A stretch of DNA of 20,247 nt from Candidatus Bathyarchaeia archaeon (GTDB taxonomy: Archaea; Thermoproteota; Bathyarchaeia; 40CM-2-53-6): the NCBI GenBank assembly GCA_049513715.1, contig JBEKVV010000010.1, forward strand, positions 1 to 20,247. The letters are read 5' to 3'. The translations under genes were made by a program, and so were the position numbers. The notes under the pieces were generated by a model. The model ran no database searches. It was given only the letters and a program-made list of their open reading frames with translations, and was not told where the DNA came from. This document shows, in pieces, positions 16,368 to 20,247 of the stretch. Positions within the stretch are counted from its first letter, which is position 1. Each line of letters opens with the position of its first letter.

Positions 16368-18404
16368 ATGAACCTTGAGAAACACCAAAGTCAACGCTCG
16401 ATCGCGCGCGTGCTCGTTGTTTGGATAAGCGAAGCCGTAGGACTCGTGCTCATGATACACTTCGTCCCAGGTCTGAGGGTTGATACCTGGGGAAAGGGGA
16501 TTCTGGTTGTAGGCGTGATCGCGCTGCTAAACGCGATCCTGTGGCCGATCTTGTCGAAGATTGCATTACCCTTTCTCTTCTTCACGTTTGGAATAGGCGC
16601 TTTAATCCTGAATGGCCTGATCATCTGGCTGTCAAGCCTGGCCGTTCCCGAATTTCATGTTGAAGGTTGGGCTCTGATTCTAGTACCCATCGGCATAGCA
16701 GCAATTAACACCGCGGTATCAGGCATCCTAACAGTTGACGACGACGCACGATATTTCACCGCAGTCTTGGCCCGACATGCAAAACGTTCCTCAAAGACTC
16801 ACACGACAACTAAACCGGGTGTTATCTTCTTGGAGATTGACGGCTGTTCCGAGTTCATCCTGCGTGAGGCCATGCGGAGAGGGTACATGCCCACACTTGC
16901 AGGCTGGTTGAAGACCGGCAGCCACAAGCTGCGTCAATGGGAGACCGACCTCTCCTCCCAGACAGGTGCCTCCCAAGCAGGCATTCTGCACGGCAACAAC
17001 GACAATATGCCGGCGTTTCGCTGGGTCGAGAAAGAGAACGGAAACAAGATAATCGCGTCAAACGGCTCCTCTGACGCTCCCATGATAGAGAAACGCATCT
17101 CAGACGGGAAGGGGCTACTGGCAACGAACGGAGCATCTCGCTCGAACCTCTTCTCCGGCGACGCCCAAGACGTGATCTTCACTTACAGTAAGTTCATGAA
17201 TCTAAGAGGATTCTACACGAAGGCGTGGTACTTCCTCTACTCCAATCCTTACAATTTTCCGCGAACGGTGTCGCTGTACTGCTGGGATATTCTCAACGAG
17301 CTTAGGGGTCAACTACGACAAAGGATAGGAAACGTTCAGCCGAGGATACACCGCGGCCCAGTTTACCTAGCAATGCGCGCGACAACGAACGTGTTCATGC
17401 GGGAGATAACAACGTACACGATCGTAGGCGACATCATAGCCGGCCAAGTGGATACGCTCTACGCCACTTACATGGGCTATGATGAAATTGCGCATCATAA
17501 CGGCGTGGCCGATCATGACGCTTTCCACGCATTGAGACACCTGGACAGACACTTCGCGCGCTTGGAGAAAACGACGGAGCTCTCTTCACGAAAATACAAG
17601 TTTGTAATCCTGTCAGATCATGGCCAAAGCAACGGCGCCACATTCAAGCAACGCTACGGATTAAGCCTGAAGGATCTCGTCCAGCGACTTTTGCCAGAAA
17701 CATTCATCATACACAGCCATCTTGACACGAATCAAGATCACTTTGGTCACGTCGTGACCGCACCAATTGAGAAGATTGGACAGAGGATTCTTCGCGAAAG
17801 AGGAAAGCGACTGACAAGAAGGGTCAAAGGAACACTATTCAAAGATATCGCAGAGCATCGTCCTAGCGAAACACTGGACGAGAAAGCCCCGTCCAAAACC
17901 GCTCATGTTATTGTGCTCGCGTCAGGTAATCTAGGCCTCGTGTACTTCACCGAATGGAAAGAACGCATGACGTATGAGCAATTGAACAAAGCATTCCCGG
18001 ACCTCATTCCGGGGCTAGCAAAACACGAAGGCATCGGCTTCATCCTCGTACGATCTGAAAAATACGGCGCCTTAGCAATCGGTGCCAAGGGCATATACCA
18101 CTTGGCCGATGATAGTATTGAAGGAGAGAATCCACTAGCAGATTTCGGTCCCCATGCCGCAGCTCACATCCGCCGAACTGACGGCTTCAAGTATGCCCCC
18201 GATATCCTGGTGAATAGCTTCTATGACCCTGAAAGGAATGAAGTAGCAGCTTTCGAGGAATTGATTGGCAGCCACGGAGGATTAGGAGGCAATCAGTCCA
18301 AGCCTTTCTTGATGACCCCATCAGAATGGGATTTTGATGGAACGGAGATTATCGGAGCCGAGACCCTGCACAAGGTGCTGAAAGTTCGGTTAGAGCAGTC
18401 TTGA
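16368..18404 (+). CDS. Fusion of a 4-TM 'phage holin family' (DUF360-like) domain and an alkaline phosphatase/nucleotide pyrophosphatase superfamily domain
   Basis: N-terminal LLNAILWPIL...LPF...TFG...LILNG holin-like signature; C-terminal FLEIDG, SSQTGASQ, YDEIAHH, LSDHGQ, GSHGGLGG. ATG directly follows the upstream gene's TAG. Confidence 0.88.
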   Translation: MNLEKHQSQRSIARVLVVWISEAVGLVLMIHFVPGLRVDTWGKGILVVGVIALLNAILWPILSKIALPFLFFTFGIGALILNGLIIWLSSLAVPEFHVEGWALILVPIGIAAINTAVSGILTVDDDARYFTAVLARHAKRSSKTHTTTKPGVIFLEIDGCSEFILREAMRRGYMPTLAGWLKTGSHKLRQWETDLSSQTGASQAGILHGNNDNMPAFRWVEKENGNKIIASNGSSDAPMIEKRISDGKGLLATNGASRSNLFSGDAQDVIFTYSKFMNLRGFYTKAWYFLYSNPYNFPRTVSLYCWDILNELRGQLRQRIGNVQPRIHRGPVYLAMRATTNVFMREITTYTIVGDIIAGQVDTLYATYMGYDEIAHHNGVADHDAFHALRHLDRHFARLEKTTELSSRKYKFVILSDHGQSNGATFKQRYGLSLKDLVQRLLPETFIIHSHLDTNQDHFGHVVTAPIEKIGQRILRERGKRLTRRVKGTLFKDIAEHRPSETLDEKAPSKTAHVIVLASGNLGLVYFTEWKERMTYEQLNKAFPDLIPGLAKHEGIGFILVRSEKYGALAIGAKGIYHLADDSIEGENPLADFGPHAAAHIRRTDGFKYAPDILVNSFYDPERNEVAAFEELIGSHGGLGGNQSKPFLMTPSEWDFDGTEIIGAETLHKVLKVRLEQS

Positions 18405-18725
18405 GATAGGGCAGCAGTACGCTTCAACGCACCAAAGGTACCACCGCCACCAAAAGAGACGATGACGGACACAATAATTCGGTTATAATCGGATTGTGGA
18501 GGCGTTTCCTCAGTTTTCCCACAGCTAGCGACAGAGATTCCCCGTTCTGTCACTTCGGTTTCCGATTTCCCAAATGAAAGCAGCTGACATTTGGGGACGC
18601 ACACTTTCATCATCGCCACTCGTGGATGGGCTGAAGCCACCTCCTATCCCCCAAATTCCAAGACCTAGCACGGGAATCTTGTGACCACTTTATCCTAACT
18701 CTTTGAACTCCACGTCTTACGCGAC

Positions 18726-19637
18726 CTAGATTCTTGTCGTCTCGTCAAGTATTGTCATGGCTCGCCTTTCAATTTGTTTGGTGCTACCATAGTCCCCAAG
18801 CCTCGTTTTCGCGACGACGAACGACGCCACCGCAGACCCAACCGCAGCCGACCAGAGTAGATCACTTGTCCGATCCCACGTAACAAGGAAAGCTCCGAGG
18901 AGCGCGTCTCCTGCCCCGGTGGGATCATGAACGGGTGTTGCATAAACGGGAAGATTGAACATCCCGTAATCTCGTGACCACACAATCATTCCTAGTGGGC
19001 CTCTCGTCAACAGTACGATGCTAGGTCCAAGTGTGGTCAGTTTCCTGCTCGACCACCTTGCCCCGATGACTGCAGAGACCTCACTTTCTGATATCTTTAG
19101 AACTTCAATTCTCCTCAAGAGCGAGTGATCCCTCCATTTCTGAAGGTAGACATTCCCCTCCGAATCCAATTCGCGAAGATAACCCTGCGGATCCAAACCG
19201 ACCACCGAATTGCTCCTTGTTAAACGACTTGCGAGCGAGGGAGAGATCTCATGGAGTACTGGTCCTATGTGGATTGCCGAAGAGGACGGAAGCCTCAACA
19301 GGTCCTCGTCGTCGATTGGGTCACAAACCGAGGTGACTCTCATGGTTCTATTCCCGTTCAGATAGTTGATCCTGAAACAGGTAGTGTTGGAGTTTGCGAT
19401 TCGAATGCGAGAGGTCGAAATGCCGTGAGCCCGCAGCCAAGAAAGGCGCCTCTTTCCGAAATCGGAGCCCACTTTGCTGACAGCAACGGCTTTACCGCCT
19501 ACCGCAACGGCAGCCAGCCCGGCGTAGGTGCATGGGCCACCTAGCCGAGGAACTCGACCTTCACGACCAATGCGATCCAGCACAATGTGGCCAACGGTCG
19601 CCAAATCGTACTTCAAGTCGAACCCATCGATGGACAA
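18726..19637 (-). CDS. PfkB/ribokinase family carbohydrate kinase
   Basis: VGHIVLD, LGGPCTYAG, KVGSDF, DPQG, LTRGPLG, DPTGAGDALLGAF. Confidence 0.92.
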   Translation of the reverse strand: MSIDGFDLKYDLATVGHIVLDRIGREGRVPRLGGPCTYAGLAAVAVGGKAVAVSKVGSDFGKRRLSWLRAHGISTSRIRIANSNTTCFRINYLNGNRTMRVTSVCDPIDDEDLLRLPSSSAIHIGPVLHEISPSLASRLTRSNSVVGLDPQGYLRELDSEGNVYLQKWRDHSLLRRIEVLKISESEVSAVIGARWSSRKLTTLGPSIVLLTRGPLGMIVWSRDYGMFNLPVYATPVHDPTGAGDALLGAFLVTWDRTSDLLWSAAVGSAVASFVVAKTRLGDYGSTKQIERRAMTILDETTRI

Positions 19638-19905
19638 GTGTCCTAGAACTCCTACTTACGTTCTAGCAGCCCATGTCTGGCGTGACCGGGAAGAGTTCCA
19701 ACAGCACCCTATTCGGGCGACTTTCTCAAATCCATCTCGAGGCTCTGTCTCTACAAGAACGAGAACTTGGGTTCATGAGTTAAGTCAAGATAGGCTTAGT
19801 GATCGTGATTTCATTAGCAGCGAGCTTGTCGTTCGTCACAAATCGGTTATCGAGAGAAAGAAGGTTGCGTTCTCAGTGTGGGCGTCTAGCTTTGCCGGTG
19901 ACTCA

Positions 19906-19950
19906 TATGTACCGGCAAATTGGGGTCAAAATCCCCTGTCCCATCTCTGA
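19906..19950 (+). repeat. Repeat A copy 4
   Basis: TATGTACCGGCAAATTGGGGTCAAAATCCCCTGTCCCATCTCTGA. Confidence 0.95.
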
Positions 19951-20011
19951 ACTAAACTTCAGTTAGCTGGCGTAGTCTTATTTACAGCTGTGAAAAGCAG
20001 CGGACTGATCG

Positions 20012-20067
20012 GTTCAAATTTGGTTGCCCGCACCACTGGTATCACACACACAGAAAACAATAACGAC
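20012..20067 (+). repeat. Repeat B copy 5
   Basis: GTTCAAATTTGGTTGCCCGCACCACTGGTATCACACACACAGAAAACAATAACGAC shares modules with copies 2 and 4. Confidence 0.65.
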
Positions 20068-20074
20068 TGAATGA

Positions 20075-20247
20075 CTACTGGTCTAGTGTGACTTCGAAGT
20101 TGTCCCCTATCTTCAGTTCATGCCATTCTCGGTCAAAGTGTACGTTTCGCATGCTCCTGATCCGCATCAAGTCTCTCGTGCGTTTGCCTTCTTCTTCAAG
20201 CTTGAAATCTATGATACCGTCAACTGCGGCTTCCATAGACTTGTAGA
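20075..20247 (-). CDS. KaiC/RAD55-like RecA-superfamily ATPase, C-terminal part (enters from window end)
   Basis: Manual translation ..YKSMEAAVDGIIDFKLEEEGKRTRDLMRIRSMRNVHFDREWHELKIGDNFEVTLDQ* matches the E..vDGII...l.I.kmR pattern of archaeal KaiC-like proteins. Confidence 0.75.
   Translation of the reverse strand, partial: YKSMEAAVDGIIDFKLEEEGKRTRDLMRIRSMRNVHFDREWHELKIGDNFEVTLDQ

Noticed and set aside
16368..16740. Holin-like domain as evidence of a provirus
   Set aside because: It is fused to a phosphodiesterase domain, and there are no capsid, terminase, integrase or lysin genes in the window.
150..19544. Numerous short antisense or alternate-frame ORFs nested in the main genes (e.g. 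150-515, 3893-4204, 10046-10303, 11746-12417, 16391-18094)
   Set aside because: They are shadow ORFs overlapping well-supported genes and have no independent motifs.
2459..19950. Repeat A as a CRISPR array
   Set aside because: Copies are 5-7 kb apart with whole genes between them; there are no 30-45 bp spacers and no cas genes.
19528..19950. ORFs that run through repeat A (19528-19950 +, 7609-7851 -, 2293-2631 -) as a shared coding domain
   Set aside because: They use different strands and frames, copies 1 and 2 have an in-frame TGA in the equivalent + frame, and the ORFs have no recognisable motifs.

Overview
A ~50% GC archaeal accessory region. The Hef helicase, KaiC/RAD55-like ATPase, F420-type LLM oxidoreductase and PEF-CTERM-like sorting tail point to an archaeon; Bathyarchaeia-like is a guess only. 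It runs from the 5' end of a Hef helicase gene to the 3' end of a KaiC-like ATPase gene. Between them are mixed redox/detoxification, efflux, surface and phosphoesterase genes: FxLYD surface protein, dolichol/phytol kinase-like, OYE, LLM, MFS, Zn-ribbon membrane protein, isochorismatase-like, AKR, ABC-2 exporter, SIMPL, metallophosphoesterase, holin-like/phosphodiesterase fusion and PfkB. There are also decayed genes (USP, dual-specificity phosphatase, cupin). The most striking non-coding feature is an ungapped 45-bp repeat (repeat A) in four co-oriented intergenic copies 5.2-6.8 kb apart, each 3' of a minus-strand gene, with a 14-bp near-palindrome and an invariant GGGG-N7-CCCC hairpin. A second, more degenerate CACACAC/GTTCAAATT intergenic repeat family (repeat B) has five copies. 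No recombinase, transposase, tRNA, rRNA or CRISPR array is visible in the window.
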